A program made the translations under genes and the position numbers. This document shows positions 24,881-38,489 of a stretch of DNA of 64,000 nt, piece after piece. The notes under the pieces are model-generated. The model was not told the origin of the DNA. It was given only the letters and a program-made list of their open reading frames with translations, and made no database searches. Where the stretch lies: NCBI RefSeq assembly GCF_964188315.1, contig NC_135667.1, positions 17,050,001-17,114,000 on the forward strand, given 5' to 3'. Positions within the stretch are counted from its first letter, which is position 1; each line of letters opens with the position of its first letter. The DNA comes from Podarcis muralis. Its lineage: Eukaryota.

Positions 24881-26350
24881 TATCCGTGCTTGAATCCCAT
24901 CTATAATTCTATCTTTGCCTCACAACCCTGTCGTTCTAGCCATCTGCCTGGGCTGGGATAGCAGTCACACCTGCCCTGTGCCAATGGCAGTTGAATCCAG
25001 GAGGGTGATGACAGCAGCCTCTCTATAGATGCACAGTTGTTGGGTGTCGGGGGAAACTGGAAATCTTTTGCTCTCTAAAATGGAACTCCCAGACCTGTGG
25101 TGCCAGAAGCTAGCACCCAGGCACAGCTGTGTGCATGATTCATGTATTGCAGTGGGTTGGACTAGATGACCCTCAGTGTCCCTTCCAACTCTGCAGTTCT
25201 GTGATTTTATTCAAAGGCTGTATATTGCTGATGAGAGGATGCTGGGAGCAAACCTGGTGCAGCATCATGATAGTCACTGTTGGGAGACAGGACACTGGGC
25301 TGAATAGGTTTTGTTCTGGGCCAGTGAGCTGGTTCTTAAGTTTTAAAAACACTTTCATAGAAACTTAAATAAAATAGGGAAGCAATCCTTTTGTCCTCTG
25401 AGTTATTGTGGCAAGAGAAAGGTATGATGTGGCAACTAATTCATATTAGGGGGCCAAAAGAACATGCCTCATAGTGTGGCGCAAGTATTTTAACCCAAGT
25501 TTGCCATTTGCAAGAACTGCTCCGATAAGAGTTGCATATTGCCAGATACTGTATGTGAGTTAATCCAAAATTGGCGGTCTGTCACTGGGCAGCAGAGGGA
25601 GCTATTGAGCAGTGCCGTTTAGGACAAAGGAATTGTGGTTGAAGTGGGTCAGGAGGCGTCTTTGAAGATGCAAGGGCTTATGCATATAATTTGTAGCTTT
25701 GGGGGCATGATGGGAAGGAGAAGTTGCTAAATCCTCTTGCTTCATAACCAGAGAAGAGAAGGGGAACTTCGCTAGCTTTTCTCCCTCTCAGTTCCTTCCT
25801 GGTCTTCTTATTCTTCAGCTGTTGAATTGTCTGGGACTTGGAAAATCCACCTTCTTTGAAATTATGCTGTAGGTTTGGTTGTTGTCAAGAGATGTGGTGA
25901 ACGCCATCCTAGTGCAGAAGGAAACCTGCAAAATGAATTGTCTGTGATAGGTGAGCTAGTCTCCCAGATAAAATGGGCAGGATGAGCAAACCGTAGTTTG
26001 CACTGGAGTTTTCCAATTCTTCACCAAGGAAGGAGACTCATTGCTCTTGGATCTTTGAAACGGATTTCTCTCTCTCTCTCTGTGGTTCTTTCAGGAACTA
26101 CTGCTGTCTTAAAGGCCGTGTAAACTAAAATGAAGACTCCTCTCCCATCCCTGGGAAGGATACTTTGGAAAATATGGAAATCTGCCTCACAGTATGCTGG
26201 GTGCGTGACTGCCTGCTTTCTCAGAACCTCCCTTTGTTCAAAGCTCATTGTCTCTCTCACTGGGACCTTGTGAAGTGATGCAGTTTACACGGAGGTGTGG
26301 CTAATGGAGTAGTCACTAACACTTACATGTAATGTATTTGTTGTTTTGAA

Positions 26351-26710
26351 GGGACGCGGGTAGCGCTGTGGGTAAAAGCCTCAGCACCTAGGGCTTGCCG
26401 ATCGTCAGGTCGGCGGTTCAAATCCCCGCAGCGGGGTGCGCTCCCGCTGCTCGGTCCCAGCGCCTGCCAACCTAGCAGTTTGAAGCACCCCGGGTGCAAG
26501 TAGATAAATAGGGACCGCTTACCAGCGGGAAGGTAAACAGCGTTCCGTGTGCTGCGCTGGCTCGCCAGATGCAGCTTTGTCACGCTGGCCACATGACCCG
26601 GAAGTGTCTGCGGACAACGCTGGCCCCCGGCCTCTTGAGTGAGATGGGCGCACAACCCCAGAGTCTGTCAAGACTGGCCCGTACGGGCAGGGGTACCTTT
26701 ACCTTTACCT
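26351..26710 (+). mobile_element. Sauria SINE, full length (subfamily B)
   Basis: GGGACGCGGGTAGCGCTGTGGG head, GACTGGCCCGTACGGGCAGGGGTACCTTTACC end, TSD TTGTTGTTTTG at 26338-26348 and 26713-26723. Confidence 0.9.
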
Positions 26711-26942
26711 AATTGTTGTTTTGCTGCTGCCCTTATTGGCTCTTGGCATATGGAACCTGCCAAGAATACGGCCTTTAGAAAAAGGTGGGGTGGTTAGAAA
26801 TGCCAGAAATAAATAAATAACGAGGGACAAATAAGGCCACGACTACTCAAGACTGGAGTCGTCAGTACATCCCTTTCTAGGCAGACAGTGCAGTCTACAC
26901 CGCCCCCCACCGTAGGGAAAAAAACGGTATCACTTCAATGCT

Positions 26943-26948
26943 TTTATT
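26943..26948 (-). terminator. YPEL3 polyadenylation signal (AATAAA on minus)
   Basis: TTTATT on plus, about 410 nt downstream of the YPEL3 stop. Confidence 0.65.
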
Positions 26949-27360
26949 TATATAATACATACTCGCACAAACTCACAAATACTGTACAACCCACCCCTTC
27001 CCTGCCCCACTGTACACCCCCACCCCCCGCCTGTGTGATTTAATGCAGACTCCCTCTGTACAACAAACCCCACCCCACCCCAAACCCCTTCTTGCACACT
27101 GCCCCTGGCCTAGGTGTCTCCTGGTGTGCTGCCACTTCTTGCCACACGATGGCGACATATCCGAGCCCCGAGTATGTCCTCCTGGCGGAAGCGCTGCTTC
27201 CTTCGCAGCTTCCGTGCACCTGAAGGTGGTTTGGATGGCAGCCCATTGGTTAGGAAGGCAGAGGCAAGCCTTGTGGAAATTGTCATTTCTGGCGCTCCAC
27301 CCCTTACATATGTAGCTGTCCAAAGGTGGCAGCGTTTGTTCCGTTTCTGTTTGTTTGTTT

Positions 27361-29690
27361 TCAATCCCAACCGTTATCCTTGATCATGTGGTTGAGTTCA
27401 ATGATGTACTTGCCCTCCTTGTACTTCTGGCTTGTCTCGAAGGCTTGCTCCTGCGGAACGAGAGAACGAAAGCGTGAGCTTCCTTTAAGGCAGCGTGTGA
27501 GTCTTTTGGGGAGAAGGGAGTGGGGGATGCCAAGCGAGACTCACATATTTCCATCCAAGCGTGGTCTTGCAGTTCTCGCAGTAGATGTCAGCCACGGCAT
27601 GCAGCCCTGTCAGCAGCACCCGCTCCTCTGCTGGGCCACATCCAACATTTACCCTGCAAGGGGGAAAAGAGAGAGGGTGTTGGAGCCCCTGATGCTTTCC
27701 TAGTCTGAGTTTCACCTTGTCTTTAGATCAGTGACGGGCCTCAATCTAGGCAGGTATTGGCCAGGGCCCACAGTTCAGTTCTGCTTGCCACAAACCGCCC
27801 CCTCTGAATAAACCCAGCCGCCTTCCTGACGTTAAGAGTTGGGGAAGTGAGTGTATTATCCCCACCTTGTGCCCTGTGCTTCTGAGGCGCTTCCAGTGAA
27901 CAAGCCCACGCTATGTATGGCAAAATGAGAGAACAGTCATAAACCTGTCTCCGGGCTGCAGCTTTTCAAGCTATAAGTGGGAACTCACACAAGGAAATGC
28001 TCCCCAGACAAGGAAAAGGACACTCTTCCACTGGAAAGCATCACACCTGAGAGCACAAGCTTGTAGAGCTAACATTTTAATATAATAATAATAATCATAA
28101 TTTATTATTTATACCCTGCCCATCTGGTTGGGTTTCCCCAGCCACTTTTAAGACCACATAAAGGTTTAGGGCTGGTTGTTGCTGGCTGCTTCAACCTTGT
28201 ATGTAGCTGTCTTTTATAGTTTTATGCCTTAAGTCTGCTGCTCCCCCCCTATGATACTCACACAGAGTTGAATAAATATGCCCGACCTTGGCTTCCTTGG
28301 AAAGACTGTAATGACGAGACACAAAAAACAGGTTGAAAAAAGAGAACATATCCAGAGGGATAGACACGGTGTTAGTTACGGCAAACAAATGACAGCAAAC
28401 ACAAAAGGGAGTCCCGTGGCACCTTAAAGATAAACAGACTTCTTGTGGTCTTAGCAGCCCTAACTAGCAGACTTCTGTTCCAGCTGCATACCTCTCCCCC
28501 CCCCCCCCGCCCCCACTGATGGTCCTTAGCCTCAGCCCTGCTTTCTCAGCTCCCTTCTGCATTTCCTTATTTGTTCTCTGGTTTGTTTTCAGGCACACCC
28601 CACCTCTCCACACTGGATTCTGTGTAATGATTAATCAGCCAGCAGCTCAAACTTGTTGACCTTGCAGTATCTCAAGCACAGGAGGGTGGAGATGGCAGCT
28701 GAATGTTAGGCTCAGGAAAGACACACCCCCCCCACTCCCTGTAAGCTGCCCACCTAAATTCTCCCCCTTCTCTGCCTTCATTCTCCACTTCTGACCGGCG
28801 GCCCTCTACTTCTGAGCACTGGGGAAGTCTAAAATAGTCCCTGCTTGTTAACTGTAGCTCCCTAGGATATGATCTCGCAACTGGCAAGTGTTCTAATCCC
28901 TCCCCTTCCTTACTGAGCATTTATAAATTGCTCACCAAGGAAAAGCTTCTAGGCCTATAGCCTGGCCCACTTGGGAGGTGAGCCTTGGTGATTTCCCCAG
29001 AATAACCTGGCCCAATTCCAGGGCTCTAGGCAGTGTAAGGGATGGAGCATATAGTGCTGTGGGTTTCGACTGAGATTTCTCATGCTGGAGTTGCGGCAGT
29101 AGGTAAAATATTACTCCAAGGGATCAGAGTTCAAATCCTGTGCCTGCCACAGTTTGCATGTGGCCTTGGGAAATCCACACTGTCCTGGACAACTGCAAAA
29201 TGTGAATGCTTCCTTGTGCTAATGTGTTTTTACCCGGTTTGTTGATTTTGTTGTCAAGTGACCCCCCCTCACAGTTGCTGTGAGGACAAGCAAAGATAAA
29301 AGATCGTAAAGGCACACTAAAAATGCTAGATACATGATCGCTGTCTGATTATTGAGAGGGGGCTAATATCAGCAAATCAGAGTAGGACTCCCTTTAGTTT
29401 CCTGACCCTTTCCCCCCAACTTTTATGTTATCTCTTCTTCCTTCCTCCTCCTTTTGACTAAGATCAAGTGTAGTAAACCAATTGACGGAGGAAAACCAAC
29501 CCCTCTGGTGCTGAGAGCTGCCCCCCTCCCGCTATAGCAGTGTGCCAGGGACTGTCCCACCCCCCCTTTTCACCTTGGAGATGAGATCGTCGTGGTTGGC
29601 CAGGTGTGCCCGGCAGTGCACGCAGCTGTAGCGTCGGTGGCAGTTGTCCAGGTAGGCTTGGAAAGTTTTGGGTTTGGACAGCCTCACCAT
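27361..29690 (-). CDS. YPEL3: Protein yippee-like 3, 119 aa
   Basis: Exons (minus) 29690-29574, 28305-28262, 27653-27545, 27450-27361 (360 nt). [119 protein letters not shown], with both CxxC pairs intact. Confidence 0.97.
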
Positions 29691-30303
29691 TGTGGTGGGG
29701 TCACGCAAGTGGGAGAAGCTTCAGGGGAGTTGTGAAGAACCAGAAGTCCCTAGTGTGGGCGGTGGCGGGAGGAAGCCCCCCGAAAGCCCTAAAAGAGAGG
29801 GAGCAATGAGAAAAGGGTTACCAAGGTATGGACAGGCTAGTGAGTGGAGGGGAGAAACAGCAGGGAAGTCAGGGTGCCTGCTTCTTCTTAGCCCTGGGAG
29901 CCAGCCAAGTTCTGCCTAACCGGTCTGGTGTCTAAACAAAAACAGTACCACGTGCTTTCCCTCCCTAGGCAGCTTCCTGGAGGCTCAGCCTGTAATTAAC
30001 CCCAGGATGTAGGTCAACTCTGATCATCTCGTGATGAAGCAGCAGTACCAGGAATAGAACCCAGGTGTCCTAGCTCTTCCAAGCAGTGCCTCTCCAAAGA
30101 GCCTTCAGTTTGTGGCCTTTCTAAAATCTCTGGAGCCGTGGGTGCGACTGCCAGGACCCAGGAATTCCGGGCTTTCCATTCTCTTCATTCCTACCAGCCT
30201 TCACCAAGAGATCTGGGAGTTTCTGGCACATTGTCAAAGAATTTAAACAAACTGACGTGTTCTGCTTTCTCTTTGGTCGAGTGTACCTAAGTCCCTGTTT
30301 TAG

Positions 30304-30660
30304 AGATGTCGGGTGGCGCTGTGGGTTAAACCACAGAGCCTAGGGCTTGCCGATCAGAAGGTTGGTGGTTCTAATCCCCACGACGACAGAGTGAGCTCCC
30401 ATTTCTTGGTCCCTGCTCCTGCCAATCTAGCAGTTCAAAGGCACATCAAAGTGCAAGTAGATAAATAGGTACCGCTCCAGCGGGAAGGTAAACGGCGTTT
30501 TCGTGTGCTGCTCTGGTTCGCCAGAAGCGGCTTAGTCATGCTGGCCACATGACCCGGAAACTGTACGCCAGCTCCCTCGGCCAGTAAAGCGAGATGAGCA
30601 CCGCAACCCCAGAGTCGGTCACGACTGGACCTAATGGGCAGGGGTCCCTTCACCTTTACC
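30304..30660 (+). mobile_element. Sauria SINE (subfamily A), antisense within a YPEL3 5' intron
   Basis: Full Sauria SINE body with ACCTTT tail. Confidence 0.88.
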
Positions 30661-33600
30661 ACCTACCGTGGTCGGTTGCTTTATGTCTCCCCAAGCAGAC
30701 TGGACTTGAAATGATTAATTTTATGAAAATCTTGGGAGGTGGGTACGAAATAAGGGTAGATGCACAAGGAGGCGAAAATGTACAAAAGGAATCCTTGTTG
30801 GGGGTGGGGTGGGGACCTGATCAAAGGATGCTAGAAAATGTGCAGATGTGAAAAGATGGTGGGAGTGAGAGGTGGGTACCATGCAGGCGGTGGATGAGTG
30901 CTTAAGGAACCTACAGGAATTGCTGTTAAGGAATGCAGACAGTGAGGAGGCAAGGCAGACGGGGCGGGGGAGAAGAGCTGCAAAAAAAAAAAAAAAAAAA
31001 AGCAAACGGATGGAAGCCACAGATAAGCATGCTTAAGTGCAGTATGGAGGGAATGGTGTAGAAGAGGCAGATGGGTGCAGAACCAGAGGGCAGAGAAAAC
31101 AGAAAATTCCAGCTGGAATGTGGAAGAAGGAGATATAGAAACAAAGCAGCCTGCGGATAAATGGGGTGGAAGGACCAGATGGGGAGAGGGGAGGCCAGCA
31201 GAAATAACGTGCCTTAAATGAACGGTGCATTGGAGGAATGGAGTGGGGAGGAAGGCAAAGGAAGAGCCCTTTGCAAGGGAGGGAGGGATGCTTGCTTTGC
31301 AAAGGGAAGTGGCTGGGGGGGGGGGGGGAGTCTGGAACATGGTATGGGGGAGGGAAAGAGAGGCAGTTCCTTGAAAGGAAACAAACCAGGCAAGGGAATG
31401 CTGAGCTGGGGAAAATGGAGGCTGTAGCTCCACATCTTTGCAAACAAATAATACTGGGAGTTGAATTGAGAAGGTTGGGGTTTTTTTTTTGAAGGGAAGC
31501 AACATTTAGGGTCACTCTATGATGCAAAAGACCCGGCGCCCTCCAGATTTCCCATCCCCTCTTTGCTCTTATTGCAAATTACTGTATTGCTCTGGTCTCC
31601 ACCTCCTGTATAAGTAGAAGACATTCTGTGTTTTTCCTTGTTTAGGGGTGGGGTAAAAGAAGAGAAAAAAGTGCTACAATAGTGGCTCAGAGGAACAAGG
31701 TGTGTGCGCAGAGATCAAACAACTGGAAGAGGAAATGGTAAAGAGAGGAGAGGTGGTAGAGGCAAAACTGAAAGGAATGAAAAAAGGGAGGTAAAAGAAA
31801 GGGGTTTTATTTTACATCTGGGATACAACCTCAGTAGCCCCCTCCCCAATTCTCTGTGAAAATTTTCCCCAAACTGTAGAGAAATTCTAAACAAAAAGGT
31901 TTATCTCATTACTGCAGAGCATACGGTTGGTAAAGGGGCAGCCTGTGATTTAGATCCTCTTCTGTGCAAAATACAGCATTGCCCCATGGGCAGTGAAAAA
32001 TACCAGCTAACAGGTAGGCATTTTATTTAGCAGATAAATGTGTGGTTGACCATCTGCTAGATACAAATGATAATAAAGTAATCTAGGTTCCACTTTGATG
32101 ATCAAAGGCGCTCAGGATATGAACAAGGGTTCAATTTCCATAATAATGCACTTTACACATTGACCTAATCAGACAATGGGGACTTTCTTTCACATGGCAG
32201 AAAACAATGGACCACTACATGCAAACGCAGTACAATGCGAAGGAGGAGTTTCTTAAGGTGTTTTAATATGGAAGCCTTGTAAATAGGTACGGTATATTCG
32301 ATCCCAGGGCCTGTCTTGACCTTGGTCTCTTCCTTTTTAGGGCAGAGATGGCAGTTTCCACATTAAATTTGGGCTTGGCCTTAAACCTTGCATTCATATT
32401 TTCTATAGTAATGAAAAGTAAGACATGAATGTGGGTAGGATACAATATTTAAGCTATCTGTTTCTTGTGAAAATATGTTATACAGCATGTGGTTCAAGAA
32501 GAAGGGAGGGAGGGGTTAATAGAATACTGGGGAGGAGCTTCTCGGGAAAGAGGGAGGGGCCATGACTGAGAGGGTAAACCAAGTTAGATATTACAATGCA
32601 GTTCTGTGCCTGTTTACTTGGAGGAAGCCACATTAAGTTCAGTGGGGCTTACTTCTGGGTAAGTGTGTATAGGATTGCTGCCTAGGTCTCCCCACCCCCC
32701 CAAAAAAAATCTATTACAAAATATTACCAATGTACAAAATGTACATTTAATAATATCCTTATCCATTAAATACAAAACATGTAATGTGCATGCAAAAGGA
32801 GGGAAGGTGGAAAGAGCGGGGTGTCTGATAACAGTTTATAAACATAAGGCTTGAATACTCATTAAGTGAAATTTCTACTTGGATTCTCTGACAAATGAAA
32901 ATAATGCGATTTTCATTCCGTAGGTTAGAAGTAGGCAACTGTTGCTAAGTTTGCCAATTTTAGGTAAATTTCCTACTTGACCCAATCAGCCAAAATGTTT
33001 TTCCATTACTTGTAATGATGGAAACATGAATACAGTATAAAATATGAATACAGTATGATAAAATAAAAATGTGATGGGCAGAAGACTCTCTCTCTCTCTC
33101 TCTGTGTGTGTATCATACCTTTATGTCCCTCAATATGAAAGATGTCAAATTTGATCTCAAGGCTAAGTAGTGATGAGGAGGGATCTATTCAAATTGAAAA
33201 CGTGTCAGATATCAAAATTTCAAGCTGGAAAAAAGGGAAATTTCCTTTATTTGGCTCATCTAGCTCATCATCCTGGCTCCTGGGAAATACAGAGAATTAC
33301 ATGTTCTCATAGACAGTTAGGATTCCATTTGGCACCATGCCTCTAATCAATATTGCGCTGGCAGTGTATTCTAGGGGCCAACAACAACACAGACCGCTCA
33401 AGACATAAAGGGTGCCATTTTATCCTGAATGAGAAGATCTTGAAAATTAAGAGCCTTTGTCTATACAGTATAGTGTTTCCTTCCCAGTAGAGGCTTTTTT
33501 TTTTTAAGGATGTAACAGCTCTCTTGAAATCCAGTACAAGCAGGGGGCATACTTTCACATTAGGAAAAATGCCCCCTTTTGTTTCTAACATACTCTAGAT

Positions 33601-33948
33601 CATTTATGTAGTGGGTCAAAGTGCAGGCAGGCATTACTAAAACAATGCGGGGAAACATATTACAGGTGCCTACTGCAAGGAGGAGCAAAATAATTAATTA
33701 CCGGCTGGAATGTCTTCCATCCCTTGTTATTCACCAAACCTATTTGTATCGGTCGGATTATTGCACCACGATTAGGTGCTTACAATCTCCCACTGCAGTC
33801 ACTCACCCTAAAACCCGATTTCCCATTAGAGGTAAACACTCCCCGGCGCCCGCAAAACCGGGATTCTTGGCACCTTAAGGACTAGCAGATTTATTGTGGC
33901 GTATTGCTTCCAGAGCCCACTTCGTCAGCCACCCTCCACCAAGCTCAC

Positions 33949-34450
33949 CTGGCAGAAGACAAATGCCGAAGAAGCCCGTCTTTGATGGGAGCCCCTTGGC
34001 TTCCCCGAGGCCCGTCTAGGTCAGGGCGAGGGTGCTGGTGCGGATTTTGGGTGGGGGGAGACACCCCACAGAGAGATCTGTGGCCCCCCAGAAAAAGCTC
34101 CAGCTGGAAGTCTAGACTTCCTCTTGTTTACAAACCAAAGCCGAGAAACAAAGGTGTCTCCTCCCCTTTTTTCCCTCTCCCTCCTCCTCTCTGCGGGCTT
34201 TCCCCCTATGCTCCTTCCTCTTTCTGCTCAGCCAATGAGGGGAGAGTATGCAAATGAACTGCAGAACTTTTAGAAGGGGCGGGGAAGGGAGTAGAGAAAG
34301 CACATAATCTGGCACGTATGCTGGGGGCGGGGCGGGGCTTGCGCTGCGTGGGGCTTTGGTAACAGGGAGTGCCCCTGAGCCTGTGCAGAGTGCTTTCCCC
34401 TCGTTGCGGGGAGCAGGAGCTTAGAAGGTTTCAGACCAGGAAGTGACTGT
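33949..34450 (-). promoter_or_regulatory. YPEL3 promoter and candidate non-coding exon 1
   Basis: Minus-strand donor GCCAG|GTGAGC at 33949, CCAAT 34232-34236, octamer ATGCAAAT 34248-34255, GC boxes about 34323-34337, ETS-like GGAAGTG about 34439-34445, local CpG enrichment. Confidence 0.6.
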
Positions 34451-34707
34451 CAGGGGGCTGTGTGTTTTTGTTTTTCGGTTACAGATAGGTAGCCGTGTTG
34501 GTCTGCCATAGTCAAAACAAAAAAAAGATACGTATCTGAAGAAGTGTGCATGCACACGAAAGCTCATACCAAGAACTAACTTAGTTGGTCTTTAAGGTGC
34601 TACTGGAAGGAATTTTTTTTGTTTTGTTTTTCGGGAAGTTGCCTCTTGGCACAGATAAAACATCACAGCATATGGATATGGTATTTAATACTAGTAATAG
34701 ACTTTTC

Positions 34708-35069
34708 GGGACGCGGGTGGTGCTGTGGGTAAAACCTCAGTGCCTAGGACTTGTTGATCGTAAGGTCGGCGGTTCGAATCTCCGCGGCGGGGTGAGCTCC
34801 CGTCTTTCGGTCCCTGCTCCTGCCCACCTAGCAGTTCGAAAGCACCCCTAAGTGCAAGTAGATAAATAGGTACTGCTTTATAGCGGGAAGGTAAACGGCG
34901 TTACAGTGTGCTGTGCTGGTGCTGGCTCGCCAGATGCAGCTTGTCACGCTGGCCACGTGACCCGGAAGTGTCTTCGGACGGCGCCGGCTCCCGGCCTCTT
35001 GAGCAAGATGAGCGCGCAACCCTAGAGTCGGTCACGACTGGCCTGTACGGGCAGGGGTACCTTTACCTT
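34708..35069 (+). mobile_element. Sauria SINE (subfamily B)
   Basis: Full body with 13-bp TSD TAATAGACTTTTC at 34695-34707 and 35070-35082. Confidence 0.9.
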
Positions 35070-36631
35070 TAATAGACTTTTCAGTGTGGATTTCTCAGGA
35101 GGAGGGGAATGGGAACTGGCCATTGTCCAGTCATAGACAGACAGCTTTGCTTCTGGAACATTCCAGGCTTAGTCCCTGGCGTCTCCAGTTTAAAAAAAGG
35201 ATCAGTCTGCAAGTGATGGGAAATATCTCTGCTTTCTGAGACCCCAAAGAGTCATTGCCAGTCAGAGAAGACAATACCAGGCTGAATGGGTATTACACAA
35301 AGGGAGTAACCCTGTACACAAGAAGGTGAAGTTAAACTGGAATAAAGTACAATTGCCCATTTGGTATAAGGTGCAGCTTTATACACTCACAACAACCCTG
35401 AGCTAGTGGCTATGCTGACACACAGTATAACCCAGCAGAATTTGTGGTTGAGTGGAACTTGAATCTGTTGTACTTCTAAAGTCCTCAACATGCTTTTGCA
35501 AATAGGCACAAATGTCTTCTGCCAGGGAGAGGTAGCCATGTTAAGTCTGTTGCAGCAAAAACAGCTTGTGCCTTCTCCCCTTAATAAGTTAGTAAACTTT
35601 CCTATTGTCCTTCTTCCAGTGCATACGGAGTACTTTTTCCATTGCAGCAAGCATTTTAATTGAAGTTTGACATAATGGTTTGAACTGATCTTTAATTTTT
35701 GTATTGTATCTTTGTAAACCGCTTAGAGACTATTGTAGTCAAGTTATATATAAACTGCTTGAATACATAAATATATTTATTGTGGCATATGCTCTGATGA
35801 GGCACAGTCCTATTTGTCAGGTGCATGAAGTAACTACTGGCATGGGGAAGTTTATATGCACCCCTGAGTGTGTGTAATTTACCGGGGGGGGGGGGGGGAT
35901 TCCAACAAGAGGAACAATTAGTTTGTGCAATGAACTTCTCCTCAGGATTTGCTGAGACCTTAATTCCGCAGTGTCAAAATTCTGATTACATTACTTTCCA
36001 GCTTCTCATTGATGTCATAGTTTTGTTGTTAATCTGTGGCAGCAAAAAAAAGGTCCTTAGGCACCTTGAAACCTAGCTTGTTTCTTGGGGCAAAACCTGT
36101 AGGCGAAGGAGAACCCACTTAGTCAGATAGTGGCAGTGGACAGAGGATGGTGGCTTTGTCATATTGCTGTCCAAGCATAAGTTTGAGCATATGGAGCTGT
36201 CCTGTACTGAGACCATTCATCTGTGCAACCCAGTTGTCTGCTCTGGTCTGGTTGTGGCTCTGCAGCGTCATTTCACGTTTTTATTTTGCCATCTCTTGTA
36301 CTGTTTAATTTGCATAGCTGAAGTTTACTGCAGCAAGTATTTACTCTGAGGTGGTGACTAATGTTGGAGAGACCGATGTTCAAATCCTACTGAGCCATAA
36401 AGCACGCTTTGCAAACATGGGGCCCAAGCCCTATCTCTCAGCCTAATCCTACCCCACAGGGTTGTTGTGAGGTGGGAATCAAGCACCCTATCCTGAGCTC
36501 CTTGGAGGAAGGGCTAGATAAGAAACGCAGCTTTACATGGGCTGTCTTATACTTTTCTTGTTACTTCTTGTGGCATGTTCTAGTTAGGATTATGTGACTT
36601 GATCTATAATGGGACTGATGTGCTGAAGATA

Positions 36632-36873
36632 CAGTGGTACCTCAGGTTAAGAACTTAATTCGTTCCGGAGGTCCGTTCCTAACCTGAAACTGATCTTAAC
36701 CTGAGGTACCACTTTAGCTAATGGGGCCTCCCGCTGCTGCCGTTCCACCGGAGCACAATTTCTGTTCTCATCCTGAATCAAAGTTCAAAACCCGAGGTAC
36801 TATTTCTGGGTTAGCGGAGTCTGTAACCTGAAGCATCTGTAACCTGAAGCGTCTGTAACCCGAGGTACCACTG
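36632..36873 (-). mobile_element. Tigger/pogo-like MITE (242 bp)
   Basis: TA|CAGTGGTACCTC ... GAGGTACCACTG|TA, in reverse orientation relative to the 11675 copy. Confidence 0.85.
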
Positions 36874-38489
36874 TACTGTATTAGAGCCCAGGGATTGGAA
36901 CAGATGACCACTGGATTTTCTTCAGCCCCAAGAGTCTGTCTACCATGACTCTGAAATTGGGCAACAATTCTGTGGCAGCAGGACAGCCACAGAATCTTGT
37001 TTCCCACAACCATTCATAGCAGAGGGTGCCTATGTTCTTTCTCTCTTTCTTGGACTGTTTATGTTTGTGTGCATTGGCCACTTCTTATGCATTAACTTCT
37101 CAGGGCAACAAAGCATCCCTGAAGCATTCAGGATGGCAAAGGAGGAGTATCTAAAGAGCCAGCATTGTCCAGTGGATTAAGGGCAGGGATGTGTAAGGTA
37201 ATAGTGGATAATGATAGTGGTCGTTGTGGGGCAACCCAGCCTTTAGGACTGAGTTAGGGCTCAGCTAGAGAAACCTGTTTTTAAAAGGTTGGGGTTCAGC
37301 ACTGAAACATGCAAGCTGTTAATGGATGCCTCTGAGCATGTGCAAACTGTATTGCCACTTTCTTGCGGTAGCTGAGCCCTGAACGTCTGGGACTAGGACT
37401 TGGGGCTTCCAGTTCAAATGGCTAAGTTGACTTCAGCCCTGGACCACTATAGAATCCGAGCACTGAGGTTGACTCAGCTCAGAGCAGGAGGCAGAAATGG
37501 TGGCTTTGGCTAGAGATGAAATTAAGGCAGTCGTATTCCTGTGTGATGTCTGGGAGAAGGCACTTCAGCATGGATTGAGTCTGCTCTGACCAGTCCTAAC
37601 TCCACCTTTGCTAAGGTGATTTCAGTCCATTTCTGTTTTAGCATTAGTAAGTGTTGTGAACACAGTCATTTAACTTTCCTTAGTTATGAATCTTTGCGGG
37701 ATTAAATGCTATATCACGCCTGTGGTGATTGGTTTTTAACATCTCTTTCTGACTTTAAAGATCATATAAGAGTGTTGGGGCATGAGAGAGCAAGGACGTG
37801 TGACATGTAGGATGGGTGGATGAACTTGCAGGAAGTAGAAGACCAGAGATGAGGTTGTAATTGGTTCCTGGTTCCAGCCGCTTATTGTTAGCTAGACACA
37901 GGTTTCTCATGCACACACTCTCAAGAGTCTTGTGAATCAGGCTCTTTGGACATTGGCAACAGAGTGTCTTGGCAGATTTATCACATAGGCCTTAACCTGA
38001 GGGTGCTTATTGAAGATACATACAGTGAATCAAAATGTACACATTTAACATGGGGGATAACTCAGGAAATAATGCATATCTGTTATGGCAGATGGGGAAC
38101 AAAATGTACACCTTTATTTGGTTGGAGAGAATTAGCTAATTAATTCTAACCATGATTGAACCAACACATATGGACATGGCATAGATGCAAGAAGAAGTAA
38201 GTCAATTAAAATAATTGACGGTGCCCAAAAATAACTTTTGAAGCAACAAGTGGGGACTCGGAGGACCAAGTGAAGAGAAAGCACAGCAAAATAACTGAGT
38301 CAGGCTTGGCAGTTCTGCTTGGCAGCAAGAGTGGTTTGCAGCAAGAGTGGTACCTAGCAAAAGAACAAAAAGTGGGCTGTGAAGCCCATCTTTTGTACAC
38401 TTTTGGACTAAAAAGCTTCAAATCACATTTCAAAGCTTCAAATCACATTTCATTGGTTACTGAAAATTTATATCAGGTGTCAAAGGCCA

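Noticed and set aside
30831-31527. 224-aa and 164-aa minus-strand ORFs
   Set aside because: They come from a purine/pyrimidine-skewed YPEL3 intron that includes A20 and G-runs. Low complexity and no domain.
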